Shown here: positions 26,720 through 42,293 of the stretch, in pieces
How positions within the stretch are numbered: position 1 is the first letter of the stretch
Layout of the letters: each line of letters opens with the position of its first letter
From: the human T2T-CHM13v2.0 reference genome, Homo sapiens
Length of the DNA: 64,000 nt
Reading direction: 5' to 3' (one strand)
Assembly (NCBI RefSeq): GCF_009914755.1
Contig: NC_060926.1
Program-made: the position numbers and the translations under genes
The notes under the pieces: generated by a model
What the model was told of the DNA's origin: nothing
The model's input: the letters and a program-made list of their open reading frames with translations, nothing else
Databases searched by the model: none

Positions 26720-26830
26720 CTCTCTTTAGAATATAACCCCCTATCAGCAAGAACTTCTCTGTTTTATTTACGACTGTTTCCCTGGCATCTAGAATAGACC
26801 TGGTACTTGGTAGCCATTGAATAAAAATGT
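26720..26830 (+). mobile_element. L2 3' end fragment
   Basis: 'tagaatataaccccc...ccctggcatctagaatagacctggtacttggtag'. Confidence 0.6.
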
Positions 26831-27297
26831 GCATTACTTTTATTACTGTTGTTGTTATCATTGTCATTGCATCATACTTCCCAAGAAAGGCTTCTTGTGG
26901 AAAAGTCATCTGAGCTGAGATATGAAGGGTGAGGGGCAGGAACGAGGCCAAAAGTGATGGGTGGAGTTTCAGGCAGATGGAACCACAAGGGCAAAGGCCT
27001 AGAGGCAGGAAGGAGCATATAGGGAGAATGAGGTGCTAAGAAAAGTCAGTGCCGCTGAACAGAAAGCAGGGAGCTCAGTGTCTGGAGAGGAAGCATATAC
27101 TCTATGACTATTACAGCCTTTATGGACTGTAGCAGTAGCTGCCCAGCTGGTCTAACCACTCCACATACCCTGCACTGTGACCAAAGCCAACTTTTTAAAA
27201 TTTTAATCTGTTCAGATCCACCTCTTCCTTGATGTCCACTAAGGCCTTCACACCCTGCTCCAGCCCTGCCTGGCCCGGCCCTCAACAATAGCCAAGG

Positions 27298-27675
27298 TGA
27301 TATGGTTTGGCTCTGTGTCCTCACCCAAATCTCATGTCAAACTGCAATTGCCAGTGTTAAAGGAGGAGCCTAGTGGGAGTTGACTGAATCATGGGGACAG
27401 ACAGCCCCTTTGCTGTTCTTACGATAGAGTTCTCATAAGACCTGGTTGTTTAAATGTGCGTAGCACCTCCTGCTTTGTTCTCTCTCTGCTACTCCACTGT
27501 GTGAAGACATGCCTGCTTCCCCTTGGCCTTCCATCACGATTGTAAGTTTCCTGAGGCCTCCCAGAAGCAGAAGCCTGTATAGCCGGCAGAACTGTAAACC
27601 AATTAAACCTCTTTTTTAAATAAATGACCCAGTCTCAGGTATGTCTTTATAGTAGTGTGAGAACAGACTAATACA
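27298..27675 (+). mobile_element. MSTA solo LTR
   Basis: Termini TGATATGGTTTGGCTCTGTGTCC...AGACTAATACA; TSD CAAGG/TAAGG. Confidence 0.9.
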
Positions 27676-28494
27676 TAAGGCAATCATGAAGAACCAAACC
27701 AGGAGACTTGAACTACAGCTCTCAAAACCTGCTACACTGCAAGCATGAAGGGGATGCAATATTGACATATGAACCGATAGACAGTGGACTGCCAGCATAG
27801 GATAAGATCCAGAAACAGACCACACATATGAAGCCATTTGATTTATGATAAAAGTGACGTGACAAGCATGGAAGTTAGGAGGTGAATAAACTTTTCAAGA
27901 AGCGTTGCTTGATGGATTGGCTTTCCATATAGAAAAAAATGTGTCTTGACAGCTATCATGCCATATACAAAAAAAAATCAATTCCACACACATTTCAAAT
28001 CTACACGAGAAGGGCAATATAATCACACTTTTAGAAAAAAAAGACTAGATCTTTATGAGTAGAACAGTCAAAGATTTCTTAAATAGGATAGAGAAAGCAT
28101 TAACCTACAGCAAAAATAATATTAAACTATATTAAAATTAAGAATCTCTTTTCATCAAACACCTCATTAGAAGAGTGAAAAGGTGGCATGGAGACTTGAA
28201 GATATTGGCATTACATTATACCCAACAAAGGACTTGTATCAGCAATAAATAGCACCTACAAATCAGTAAGTTAAAGGGACAATTCAATGGAAAAATCACC
28301 GAAAGACTTGAATAGGTACTTCATAAATGAGGGTATTCAGTTGGCACCCATATATATAAAAAGCTGTGCAGCTACATTATCAAGAAAACAAAAAGTGAAA
28401 TCACAAAGAGATACTACTATGTGCACAACAGAATGGGGAAAATAAAAAAGACTGAAATACTCAGTGTTTGGCAAGCAAACAAAGCAGCTTGGAG

Positions 28495-28654
28495 CTCATA
28501 CCCTGCTGGTGAGGGTGTACATCAGCACTGGAAAACTGATCATCAGTATTTAATAAGCTGAATACATACACTCTCATACCCTGCTGGTGAGGGTGTACAT
28601 CGACACTGGAAAACTGATCATCAGTATTTAATAAGCTGAATACGTACACCTCAT
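28495..28654. repeat. 78-bp tandem duplication inside old L1
   Basis: Units start at 28495 and 28573 and differ at only about 3 positions. Confidence 0.92.
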
Positions 28655-28939
28655 TACCCAGAAATCACAGTCCTCGGTACATATTCAGCAGAAATGTACA
28701 CACGAGTTTACCAAAATACTTTTACTAAAATATTCATAGCAGCTCTATTCAAAATAGCCCCAAATTGGAACCTGTCCACAGGCTCAGCAACAATAGAATG
28801 GATCAATAAATTGTAGTATATTCACAGAGTATAATACCTAATACCACACAGTTACTGAATGAATAATCTACAGCTCCATGCAAGAATATCATTAAAATCT
28901 CACAAACATAATGTTGAATGAAAGAAGTCATATTTGAAG

Positions 28940-29527
28940 TGTCAATCAAGGAAAATGACCGAGTGAAGTCTCAATCATTTTAGAAGGTTTATTTGCCAAA
29001 GCTAAGGACATGCCAAGGAGACAGGTCTGTGCTTTCTCTGAAGACGATTTCGAGGGCTTCAATATTTAAAGGGGAAAGGGCTGGATATTGAAAAATACAC
29101 AATTTTCTTGTGAAAGGGGGATTAGGGGAAAATAGCCATTCATGCCTCTGTCTGACTCAGTGAATTTGCAGTTATACATAAGACAATACAGACAATAGGG
29201 CAGAGGGAAGAACCAGACATGCATTTGTCTCAGCTGGGCAGAGGGATGGCTTTGAGTTCTGTCCTATGTCCTCGCACCTGTGAAGACAAGCCATCAATTT
29301 ACATTGCCATGGTGAAATTTAACAGAAACACTTTAGGGTAAGAATCTTGGGGCCCAACAGGAATTTCCTGGTGGGTAAAATGTGAGGGAGGTATGTAGCT
29401 TTTCATCTTTGTGGCCATCTTATCTAGGAACCAAAATCGGAGGCAGGTTTGCATGACCCGGTTCCCAGCTTGACTCTTCCCTTTGACTTAGTGAGTTTGG
29501 GGTCCCAAGATCTATTTTCCTTTCACA
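28940..29527 (-). mobile_element. MER4A-type solo LTR (ERV1)
   Basis: Ends 'ggggtcccaagatctattttcctttcaca'; 4-bp TSD GAAG. Confidence 0.85.
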
Positions 29528-29792
29528 GAAGGAAGTCAATACTGAGAGAAAAGAGAATATATCACAATTCTATTTTTACTTTAAGAAACGGCAAAACTTC
29601 ATCAGTGCTGTTATGCTCTATGTGGGATTGTGGTTACCCTTAACAAATAGTGACTGGTAGGAGTATGAAAATGTCTTCTGCGGGTGCTTGTTTCTTAACC
29701 TCTTTGCTGGTTACATGGTGAATTTCCATTGGTGAAAATGCATCTAGTTGCCCACTTAGGATATGGGTGCTTTTCTAAATGTATATTATACT

Positions 29793-30324
29793 TGTGAAAA
29801 TTCTCAGAATCAAAATGGAGTCACTTGTGACAAACCCTAATAAAATGGAGTTGGGAGGCCTTGAAGAGAGGGTCTTCATGCATATTTCCCTGATAGCAAG
29901 AACGATCACAGAGAATGGACAAACCACACCTTGCAGTTAAGGTCATTCTTATGAGAGCACCTTTCCAATAACAGCCAGTCCTAACTGAAACCTTTTAAGT
30001 AGCCATATATATATATATATACATATACACACATAATACTTTAAGTTCTAAGTCAGTGTCACTTCTGTGAAGACCCTCTCCTAAAAATGGCCAGTACACA
30101 CATCACTGCCTGTGATAAGCCTCTGTAGACAATGAACTTTTGCTTCAAAGCAACCTGCATATACTTCCCCTCTTTGCCTTTAAAAGTTTCCCTAGCCTCA
30201 ACTTCCCCAGATGCATCTATAGTTTGCTATAGCACATGTATTCCAAATTATAATTCCTCTGCCATTTCTCAGTAAACTAATTTCTTTACAGAACCACTCT
30301 GCCTGTTGTTATTTTAGGTTGACA
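29793..30324 (+). mobile_element. MER67C-like solo LTR
   Basis: Termini 'tgtgaaaattctcagaatcaaaatggagtcacttgtg...ttttaggttgaca'; TSD TACT/CACT. Confidence 0.75.
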
Positions 30325-30488
30325 CACTTCAATAAAAAGCTTAAACAAGGTGTGCGGAACTGCTGTGTGCCTCAACCTTGGTGGTGGTCAAAGAAATCTA
30401 CCTATGTGATAAAGTTGCATGGAACTAAATACCCACACACACAACAGAGAGCACATAAAACTGGAGAAATCTGAGGAAGTGGGTACAT

Positions 30489-31702
30489 TGAAAATAACTT
30501 TTTTCCTCCATTCTTCATGAGTTCTTAGCCGGAACTCCCTGTGATGGAAGACAGATTAACAAGAGAAAAACAAACAAGTTTGGAACCGCCTTTGCAAAAT
30601 TATGACTGAGACAATGAAGGAGATCTAACCTAACTGACTCCATCTTACTTCTAACCTTTAAGCTGTCCTTGTTCCTTCCTGGGCTTAGGCTGAACTAACT
30701 TTGGTAGGAACTTGGTTTATAGTTTAAAACAAAGACAAAAACAGCCCTTTCCTAGAACAAACCTTCTTGCCTGGGGACTAGACTGCCTCTGTAGGAATAA
30801 CAAATTAGCCACAAGATTAGAAATTAAGGTTTAGGAGTCATGCAGCTGGAGGCTACAAGATTCTGACCCTCCCTAAACTGCTCCTGAGATCAGGGCTTGA
30901 GATATTTTGCAGACCCAGCACTTGATGGACCAGCTGGCCCCGCCCAGATCGATGAACTGGTTTATCCGATCTTGTGGCCCCCACCCAGGAACCGACTCAG
31001 TGCAAGGGGACAGCTTCAATTTCCCATGATTTCATCTCCTACCTAACCAATCAGCACTCTTGGCTCACTGGCTTCCCCCCACCCACCAAGTTGCCCTTAA
31101 AAATTCTGATCCCCAAATGCCCTGGGAGACTGATTTGAGTAATAATAAAACTCCAGTCTCCCGCACAGCCGCCTCTGCGTGAATTACTCTTTCTCTATTG
31201 CAATTCCCCTGTCTTGATAAATCAACTCTGTCTAGGCAGCAGGCAAGGTGAACCCACTGGGTGGTTACAAGTTTAATAACACAAATACCTCCTGTATATG
31301 TAAGAGATACCCAGAGAGATGAGTAAATTAGAGTAGATCTCAAAGAGTTGTCTTCAGGCTTAAATGCCATTACTCGCTGAAACATAGGAGGATGTGGGCA
31401 AAGTTCTGGTTAAGGTGAGATGGCCAGGAAGAGCACCATAAACCCAGGGTAAGGTTTGTTATCAAATTTAAGTCTTCTCCATTGATTAGAGTCTCTAGTG
31501 ATTTAGTCATCCTCCTCTTCCTGGTGCACAGAGGGAGACGCCCTTACAAATAGAGATTTCCTTTATAGACATCAATTTCCTTACAAAAGGAACTCTGCTT
31601 TCAAAGCTTTTCCTGTGCCTGCCTTTTCCCAAAATAATCAGCACAAAATAATCCTTATGCCAAAGAGGCATGTTTTGGGGAGATATGCCCTGAGCCCCAT
31701 CA
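30489..31702 (-). mobile_element. MER34-like LTR, interrupted by LTR8
   Basis: 'agacagattaacaagagaaaaacaaacaagtt|taataac' joins across LTR8; ends 'atgccaaagaggcatgttttgggg'. Confidence 0.7.
30581..31269 (+). mobile_element. LTR8 solo LTR (ERV1), 689 bp
   Basis: Termini TGGAACCGCCTTTGCAAAATTATGACTGAG...GGTGGTTACA; 4-bp TSD AGTT. Confidence 0.92.
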
Positions 31703-31745
31703 TTGTCATTGTCAATTTCATGGTTGTTATGCTGTATTAAAATTA

Positions 31746-32102
<357 letters not shown>

Positions 32103-33900
32103 CTATTTGTTTCTTACAACTGCATGTAAACCTACAATTATCTAAAAATGAAGTTTTTTTTAAGTGTGTGTATATGTCTAGAAAAGACCTTGAAAAGGTG
32201 TTAAGTCATGACATTGGCAGTGGATAAGTATAAGATGATGAATAGGATTAGGCAGAGAAACGAAAGGTGAGTCTTGCTCAGTGTATTTATGTATCCTTGA
32301 ATCTTTTTCTATAAGAATGTATTCATATGTCATGTTGTGTATTTTAAGAAAAAAAGACAATTTCTTTACTCTCCCCACCCCCAAAAAAATTGATTTCCAA
32401 CTCTCCCAGACCAACTGAGTTGTTCAGGCATAAATTAATAAAACACATTTTCACCCCAAGGTCAAACATACAGTGGCCCTTATGGGCACTGATTGGTTAT
32501 ATAAAGTAGTTAAGTTGGTGATAATTACACTAGCATAGAAGCTTTAGGAAGCCTCTGGACCTGCTGCAAAAATAGCCACCAAATTCTGAAGTGGCTGAAG
32601 GTCCTTTCAAATCCCAGTCGCCTCCTGCTGCATGATCAGAGTGTCCCAGCATGATCCTATCTGCCTCAGTGCCTGAGGAATGGTAAGCAAGCCATGGGAA
32701 TTCTGTATGAACCCCAGAGAGAGCACCTGCCAGGGAAACTGTGTGACTGATTAGGCCAAGGAGAATCAGAGTTCATTTTTGCATGGCCCTTTGCCCAAAC
32801 CTCCCAGGCAAAAGTTTAGTGCTTACAAAATGAATATTTACTTTGAAACCATATGGAGCACCAGGTGTAAGAAAGCATGTATCTATTATTTTACCTCACT
32901 CCCTCTATGGCTCAAATACGGTCTTTATTTTTCACTGAATGATGACAGCTCTTTAGAGCAGCACTAAAGTCTCCCACTCAGGTATAACTAAAAAAAATTA
33001 TTTTTCTGAATTTTTACACCTATGTTATTTGGTGCACAGATTATTTTGTGTGTTGTAGCTCAGCCATTAATGGCTTTTTAATCTATCTGTAAAGTGACTC
33101 TGTGTCCTGGTTTATGTTTTCTGCCTAAAACCCTTTGTCTCATTAATTGCATATTAATTTTGCAATGTCTGTCTTTTTCTCATTATTGTTATTATCATTT
33201 TTGGTCCAGGGTTTTTAAAAGTTTAATTCTCTATTTCTCTTTGAGTGGGTTTCTTATAGAAAACTAGTTAATGATTTTTAATAGAGTACAAATTATGGAA
33301 TTCAATAAGAGGATTAAAGCACTTTTACTGCCATGGTATTTTGCTAGATCTTTTCTAATCTTGTATATATTTTCTCATTCTGCCTTCCCCACTTTTCCTC
33401 TGTTTTTTGTTGTTGTTGTAAACTCTGTGCTTTATTTTTATTTACTTCTTTAAGAACTTGGAATTAAAAAATCTTATTTTAGTTTTACCAGTATTTATAG
33501 CTTTTACAAAAAAAAAATCGAAGCTGTGTTTACAAATGTTTATGGTGAAATAACAGCCAAATATATTTTTCTTTTTTATGGAAGATGAGAATTTTAAAGC
33601 TTTGACTTATTACTCTAACATCATCCGATCTTCTATAATTTTATCTGAGATTGTAACCACACCTTATCATTATGATTTAAGTATGATTTTAAATTCATGT
33701 GAAAAATTTAAAGGAATTATTATTTTCTGTTTATTATCTGATATTAACACTCATCACCTATCCAACATTCTTTAACAAAGCTTCCTCTTTCTTTAATGTG
33801 ATTCTGTGTCTGGAATCTTAAAAACACTTACAAGTTATTATTTTAGAAAGTGCAATATGATATTGTATTACAAGAGAGGTTTGCATTAAAAATGCTTTTC

Positions 33901-34540
33901 GGCCAGGTGCGGTGGCTCACGCCTGTAATCACAGCACTTTGGGAGGCCGAGGCAGGCAGACCACGAGGTCAGGAGTTTGAGACCAGCCTAACCAACATAG
34001 TGAAACCCTGTCTCTCCTAAAAATACAAAAAATTAGCCAGGCCTGGTGGTGGGCGTATGTAATCCCAGCTACTCGGGAGGCTGAGGCAGGAGTTGCTTGA
34101 ACCTGGGAGGTGGAGGTTGCAGTGAGCTGAGATGGCGTCATTGCACACCAGCCTGGGTGACAGTGCAAGACTCTATCTCAAAAAATGATAAGTTCATGTC
34201 CTTTGTAGGGACATGGATGAAGCTGGAAACCATCATTCTCAGCAAACTGTCGCAAGGACAAAAAACCAAACAACTCATGTTCTCACTCATAGGTGGGAAT
34301 TGAACAATGAGAACACATGGACACAGGAAGGGGAACATCACACACCGGGGACTGTTGTGGGGTGGGGTATGGGGGAGGGATAGCATTAGGAGATATACCT
34401 AATGCTAAATGACGAGTTAATGGGTGCAGCACACCAACATGGCACGTGTATACATATGTAACAAACCTGCACGTTGTGCACATGTACCCTAAAACTTAAA
34501 GTATAATAATAATAAAAAAAAGACTCCATCTCAAAAAAAA
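33901..34540 (+). mobile_element. AluSg-like, interrupted at its 3' end by L1PA
   Basis: Body 33901-34180; terminal 'gactccatctc(A)n' repeated at 34522-34540; TSD AAAAATGCTTTTC. Confidence 0.92.
34186..34521 (+). mobile_element. 5'-truncated young L1 (L1PA3/PA4-like) 3' end
   Basis: 'ggacatggatgaagctggaaaccatc...atacctaatgctaaatgacgagttaatgggtgcagcacaccaacatggc...cctaaaacttaaagtataataat'. Confidence 0.93.
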
Positions 34541-35338
34541 TGCTTTTCAGACTCCTGCTTTTAGGATTTGTAATATAAATTATATTTATAATAGCAATTA
34601 TGAATTTTGAAAATTCATGTTTATAAAAATTATTAAAGGTTATATAGTATTGCTTTTGTTTTTCAAGAGAAGTTAATTTTCTTCAGGTTGAAATTGCAAA
34701 GGATTCTGTGGTTAATCTGATTTTTATTTATTCACACATTACACATTTGGGTTTTTTCCCGTGAACACCTATGAAATTCTGTTCTAGCATTTGATTTTTT
34801 AAAAATGTAGTCAGATAAGTGTAGATGTTGCTGCCTTTCAGTTAAATTTGTTGAGTTTGATTGGCAATACTGCTTTTCGCATTCAAGTCTTACTAGATCT
34901 GAAAAGCTGTTTTTTAAAAATTCTTTTCTCTATTCAATTACTGTTTCTGCTTCATTTGTCTTCTTTCCTCTTTGGGAACATTGTTAGGCTTTCTGTTAAA
35001 ATTTTTCCATGTATTATCTTATCTATCATCTTTTTACTTCTTTATCCTTTCTCCTGTGTTTTGAGGCTGTTTCTCAAGTTTTTTCTCCACAAGAACAATT
35101 TTGATTTTCCGTAGGGAACCAATCTCTGCTCATTGCCTTGAATGTAAGTTTTTATTGAGCTTTTATGCTTTTGATTGGCAGGCAGGCCCTTTGCTTATCT
35201 TTTTATAGGCATCGTCCTATATAATTAATAGAAAAGTAAAATTTTCTTAAAATTTCTTTTTTTAATTAATGAAATAAATTGTATTCAAAGGATGTCCTTT
35301 CTTTGAGAGTTTAATACCTGCTACATAAACACTATGAG

Positions 35339-35749
35339 TATATTAGTCTGTCCTCACACTGCTATAAAGAAATACCTGAGACTGGATAATTTATAAAGAA
35401 AAGAGGTGTAATTGGCTCACAATTCCACAGGCTATACAGGAAGCATGACGCTAACATCTGCCTGGCTTCTGGGAGGGCCTCAGGAAACTTACAATCATGG
35501 TGGAAGGCAAAGCGGGAGCTGGCCCATCTTACATGGCCAGAGCAGGAGGGAGAGAGGAGGGGGAGGTGCCACACACTTTTAAACAGCCAGATCTCAGAAA
35601 AACTCTCTCGGGAGAACAGCACCAAAGGGATGGCGCTAAACCATGTTGGAAGGATCCACCCCCATGATTCGAGCACCTTCCACCAGACCCCACCTCCATC
35701 ATGAGTTGAACGTGAGATTTGGGTGGGGACACGGATCAAAACCATGTCA
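35339..35749 (-). mobile_element. MSTA solo LTR
   Basis: Antisense MSTA; 5-bp TSD ATGAG. Confidence 0.9.
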
Positions 35750-36217
35750 ATGAGTCAGCTTTTATAGCAGGTCCCTGATGTAAATCACTCCCCCTATTAA
35801 TACCCAGAGGCACTCCTTATAGTGGCATGACCAGACATCTCCACCCTGTTGTCATTACTGTTAGCATAAGTGATACAGTAATTGCAGAGTTCTCAGTTTT
35901 GTGTCTTAAAATTAATCTTAAAGTAGAGGTTTCACAGATTGTATTTCTGCTTCTCTAACTATTTTTATTCCCATTTGTGTCTGCATAGATGAAGAGAATA
36001 CTGAGATGTAGACTGTGAAATACAAATGAACTCAGCAATATGGTTTTTGTGGGTTTTTTTCTGCACCATCACAACATGAGGAGGTTGACACGTTATTTGG
36101 TTCTTCCTGTTCTTTCTTCTTTTTCTCAGAAGTTATTTTTCTTGGTTTTCAGGCACTATAAGACATCTCTCTCCCCAACGGCTGCACTGAAGGTGAAAAT
36201 CCTTTTGCCCTTATCTC

Positions 36218-36673
36218 AGGGAAATGAAGATTTATGTTCACACACACACTCAGACCTGTACGCTAATGTTCATAGCAACTTTATTAGTAATAGTTGCTGG
36301 AAACAACTGATGTCCTTCAATGCATGAATGGCTAAACACACTCAGTGCCTCCATCATGGAATACTACTCAGCAATGAAAAAGAAGGAACCACAGTTACCT
36401 GTAAAGCCTGCACGAATCTCCAGAGAATTATACTGAGTGAGAAAAGCCACATGTAAAAAGTTGTACTATATGGTTCCCTTTATACAACATTCCTAGAGTG
36501 ATGAAATGATAAAAATAAAACAGAGTAGTGCTTGCCCGGGGTTAGGAATTAGGTGGGAGAGGGAAGGAGTGGGCGAGGCTCTAAAAAGACAACAGGAGGG
36601 ATCTTTGTGGTGACCGAATGTTCTGGATCATGACATAGAATCGTTAATATCCTGATCAAAATATGATAGTAGA
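36218..36673 (+). mobile_element. L1MC/MD 3' region
   Basis: 'gaaatgaagatttatgttcacac...atggaatactactcagcaatgaaaaag...ctccagagaattatactgagtgagaaaagcc'. Confidence 0.75.
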
Positions 36674-36764
36674 GGCCAGGCACAGTGGCTCATGCTTGTA
36701 ATCCCAGCACTTTGGGAGGCTGAGGCGGGCGGGTCATGAGGTCAGGAGTTTGAGACTAGCCTGG
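36674..36764 (+). mobile_element. Alu left-arm 5' fragment (3'-truncated)
   Basis: First ~90 nt of an AluS, ending abruptly at 'gactagcctgg'. Confidence 0.88.
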
Positions 36765-38865
36765 GGCTGGTGTTGCTTGATGCCGAAGCTGAGTAAGTCT
36801 TTCCTAATGGCATAAAACACCCATCTTGGCTTACTTGGCTTTAATGGACAAGACCAGCTGATGCAGAGGGAGCAAGAGGTGGTTGGTGAGCAACCCTTGG
36901 GGCCTGAAGTGTGTGTCCAGAATCACTAAGGATTCCTGTGCCTGAAGGGCCAGCTGTCTCTGCCCCACCCTGTTTAGGGAACCCAGGCTGCAGGGAAGAG
37001 GTCAGGAACTTGAAGCAGTTGCCATATTGGTGCAGGGCTGCACGGGACTGAGTCCTCCCACCAATGCAGCAACAGTTTTTGTTCATTTCTTGACTCTTCT
37101 AGTTCATTTCCAAAATTTTTCTGTCTGGGATGCTGGTAATAAAAGTGCGTGTAAGCTCCTAGAATCATGGGCTCCAAGCATTGCTTTTGGTGATCAAATG
37201 GACTGACCCAACAGCTGCAGAAACTTCGTTCCTTTGTGTTTGTTTAGTCTCTTAGCCACACGAGCGCCCAGCCTGGAGTCTGGAGGTGAGCTCTCATTCC
37301 ACCTCTTGAGCTAAGCAGGTGAGAGGTCCTGGAAAAATCACCTGGCAGGAAGGAGTCCATGGAAAGTTCGGTCTTGCCTCCTTTATTAGCTTGTTTGAAG
37401 GATCCAATAACGGGAATCTGCTTCAAAATACAAGACTGTTCTACACATGGGACAGATTTTTACCTTGATCATAATCCTTGATTCTTCAGGGCTCACCAGC
37501 ATCAGAAATATGGGAAAGAAAACAATTTAAAGCCTGAATTTTAAAATGATAATTAAAATTAGACCTGTGCTCCCCAGACAGTAATATTAATGGATTCAGA
37601 GGGGTTAGTTGAGGATCTAGGATCTTTAGCCACCAGGACTTTGTCCAGTGGCTGAAGGCATCATGTCAATAGTTCAACCTTCCTGAGGCTGCCATACTGT
37701 GAGGATGAGCAAACTGTACCCTTTGGAGAGGTTCATGAAGAAGTTGGAAGACCACAGAGGGAGAGAGAACCGCCAAGCTCACCCTCAGCTGTGGCAGCTG
37801 CCACTGTTCCTTCTCCATCTACCATCCACAGTCCACGAGTGATGATAAGCCAGAACCCCCTAGCTGAGCCCTTCCCAAATCCCAATCCATAGGAACTGTG
37901 AGGGGTGTTAACATGATTCTTGCTCCTCCAGGTGTTTTGCCATGAATCACTAGCTAAGCAAGATAACCTTCTCCTAAGCACACATTTCAAGTGGAAGCTG
38001 TTCATCTTCCCATAAACCGTAAGACCAAGACAACAGATCAGTTAAATTCTGGTTTCCCTTATTTCAGTTGGGGCTTTGGCTGTAAGTGCTAAAAATATGG
38101 GACAAAGAAAATTGAAGTAAGCAGAAAAGTGTTAGCTCCAGATGCTGGGGATAATCCTGCCGCCTCACACAGCTGAAAGCAAAACTGTGACAACCAGATC
38201 CTTGGGGGTGGGCTAGAGTGCTCAGCACCATCGGGACTCTCTTTCTTTCTGATTTCTGACGTCTACTTGGCTTCACTTTGCAGGTAGGTGCTCTCTACCT
38301 GGTTAGAAGGACGTCTGCCAGCATCCATTCTGCATTCTCTCAGCTTAGCAATACCAGCGGAGGAGGAAGCTGCTTGTTGACAACATCTGAAGTTTAGCCT
38401 TCACCACCTTTTGACCAGGAGATCTAGGAACTACAAAGACATCCAAAATGGGTGGAGAAGGATGACAGGATAACAGCAAAACACACTCCCGTTTAGAAAG
38501 GGAAGCATGGGAGACACAGGCATCACTGATTTCTGAATTCCAACTCTGGGTCAAGCAGACCATGTGAGGCCCCCTACTCTTCAGAGCTCTTGGGGGTCAG
38601 GAATGATTCTTGATTAGGTTTGGATGCTGCCCTCTGAGGGAGCTGCCTTGCCCACTGTTCCTTGACTCTGCCCTCCAGGAGTCCTTTCCTTTTCCATCAT
38701 CCTCCTTGCGTGCATCTGAAGTGAGGTGATCCCACTTGGAGGCTCCGGGGTCCCCAGCACACTTTCTGCTTGAGGCAAGTATGGAGTTCAAGGGTTTGGG
38801 AATAGATGCACCTTGTTAGTATGGGCCTGTGGTTGCCTTAATGCGCAACTTTCTTCACAGCCTGA

Positions 38866-39484
<619 letters not shown>

Positions 39485-40379
39485 TGAAGGCTTCTTATCT
39501 ATTTGATTCCAACTGGTCTCCGCGAGCCTGTCCTCACATCTGCAGTTCTGCTCCCACACCCTTCTCGGATGGGTTCTCTTTCAGGCTTTCTCACACCCGT
39601 ATCTACCTCTCCTAAGTGAAGGGGCTACATTCACATTGTTGGGAAACCCACACGCTTAGGCTCTCTTCTCTGAGGGTTTCTTCAGATTCGTCTGGATTTT
39701 TACCCAACTGGAAGGATTTGCTGGGTGCTGTTCCTCCAGGTTCTTCTTGATCATATTTTGTGTTTCTGCTGAAGAGGCATCTGGCTGATCCAACCCAGCA
39801 AGACCTTGAACTTTTGAGTTCTCCCTATTCTCTTGCATTTGTGTTTGAAGACTAGCCAGTTCCTCCGTGAGCTGTTCTCTCTTGTAACATATGGTCAAAT
39901 GCAGGTCATTTCTAGCGTTCTGTTTTCCATGCTTTCCCCAACAACAACTACAAACTTATTAGGTGCCCATCTGCCTCTTCAACCATGATGGCAGCCTCCA
40001 GGTTCTGTCTCCTTGATGCCCACTGCTGATCCAACACAAATGCCAGGACCTTCAGGGTTTTTGTTTACAGTAGCACCCATTTCTAGTACTGATATACATA
40101 GTGGTCAAGATAAGTTAGATTATGGTGTGGTGATAACCCCAAATTTCAGTGCTTCTCAGAACTAAAGCTGCCTCCTCAGGCATGGGCCTCCCTGGTGCCC
40201 ACCACAGGGAAAAAGGGAGGATGCAGACCCACTCATGGGTATCTCCTGCTTCTGCCTGCAAGTTACTTAGACCTAGAACAGCATCTCCCACACAGAAGAC
40301 ATTCAGTGTACTTTATGGATTGAATGCATGATTTTTAGCTTTATAATTAACATTAATGTTTAATAAGAAACACACACAC

Positions 40380-41509
<1,130 letters not shown>

Positions 41510-41898
41510 TAGTTTCCAAATCTATATCTACTTTAATTGTTTCTCTTTTAATATCCATCAGCAGAGTTTATACATAGTTTTCTTCATGTAAGTCATGTTC
41601 ATTTCTTATTTATCTTATTTCTAACTATTCTTCTGTCGCTACTGAGAATAGAATTATCTTCTTAATATTTTCTGCCTGGAGTTTGAGCTCAGTAATAAGC
41701 TATTGACTTTAGTCCTTAGGAGCATTATTTTAAATGAGCACACACAGGCGCCGAAATCACAGCACATCTGAATTCTTGTCTTCCCTGCCCTCTAATATCC
41801 ATTTAGTGAGGAAAGCTTTGCCTCTGCCTCTGAGTGAAAGTCTGTGTATTACAGGCTCATTCCCCCATAAAGACAATCCCATGACCACCTTCCATCAC

Positions 41899-41998
41899 TG
41901 CTGCTGTTTGAATGTGTCCCCCAAAGTTCGTGTGTTGGCAACTTAATCTCCAAAGCAACAGTGTTGAGAGGTGGGACCTTTAAGAGGTGATGAGGTCA
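41899..41998 (+). mobile_element. MSTC/D-like LTR 5' fragment
   Basis: 'tttgaatgtgtcccccaaagttcgtgtgttggcaacttaatctcc...gtgttgagaggtgggacctttaagaggtga'. Confidence 0.75.
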
Positions 41999-42293
41999 GG
42001 CTGAGCACGGTGGCTCATGCCTGTAATCCCAGCACTTTGGGAGGCCGAGGCGGGCAAATCACGAGGTCAGGAGTTCAAGTTGAGATCAGCCTAGCCAACA
42101 TGGTGAAACTCCGTCTGTACTAAAAATACAAAAATTAGCCAGGTGTGGTGGTGCATGCCTGTAGTCCCAGCTACTCAGGAGGCTGAGGAATGAGAATTAC
42201 TTGAACCTGGAGGTGGAGGTTGCAGTGAGCCGAGATAATGCCACTGCACTCCAGCCTGAATGACAGAGCAAGATTCCATCTAAAAAAAAAAAA
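41999..42293 (+). mobile_element. AluSg-like, no detectable TSD
   Basis: Full Alu whose flanks do not match each other. Confidence 0.92.

Larger units (their letters stand above)
27740..30345 (+). mobile_element. Old L1M (ME/MD-like) ORF2 end and 3'UTR, interrupted by MER4A and MER67
   Basis: L1 motifs 'gatccagaaacagaccacacata', 'tattcatagcagctctattcaaaatagccccaaattggaa', 'tctcacaaacataatgttgaatgaaagaag'. Confidence 0.75.

Noticed and set aside
39656-39898. Coiled-coil-looking 80-aa ORF as a possible coding exon
   Set aside because: Better explained as residual MaLR internal sequence; non-ATG start and no supporting exons.
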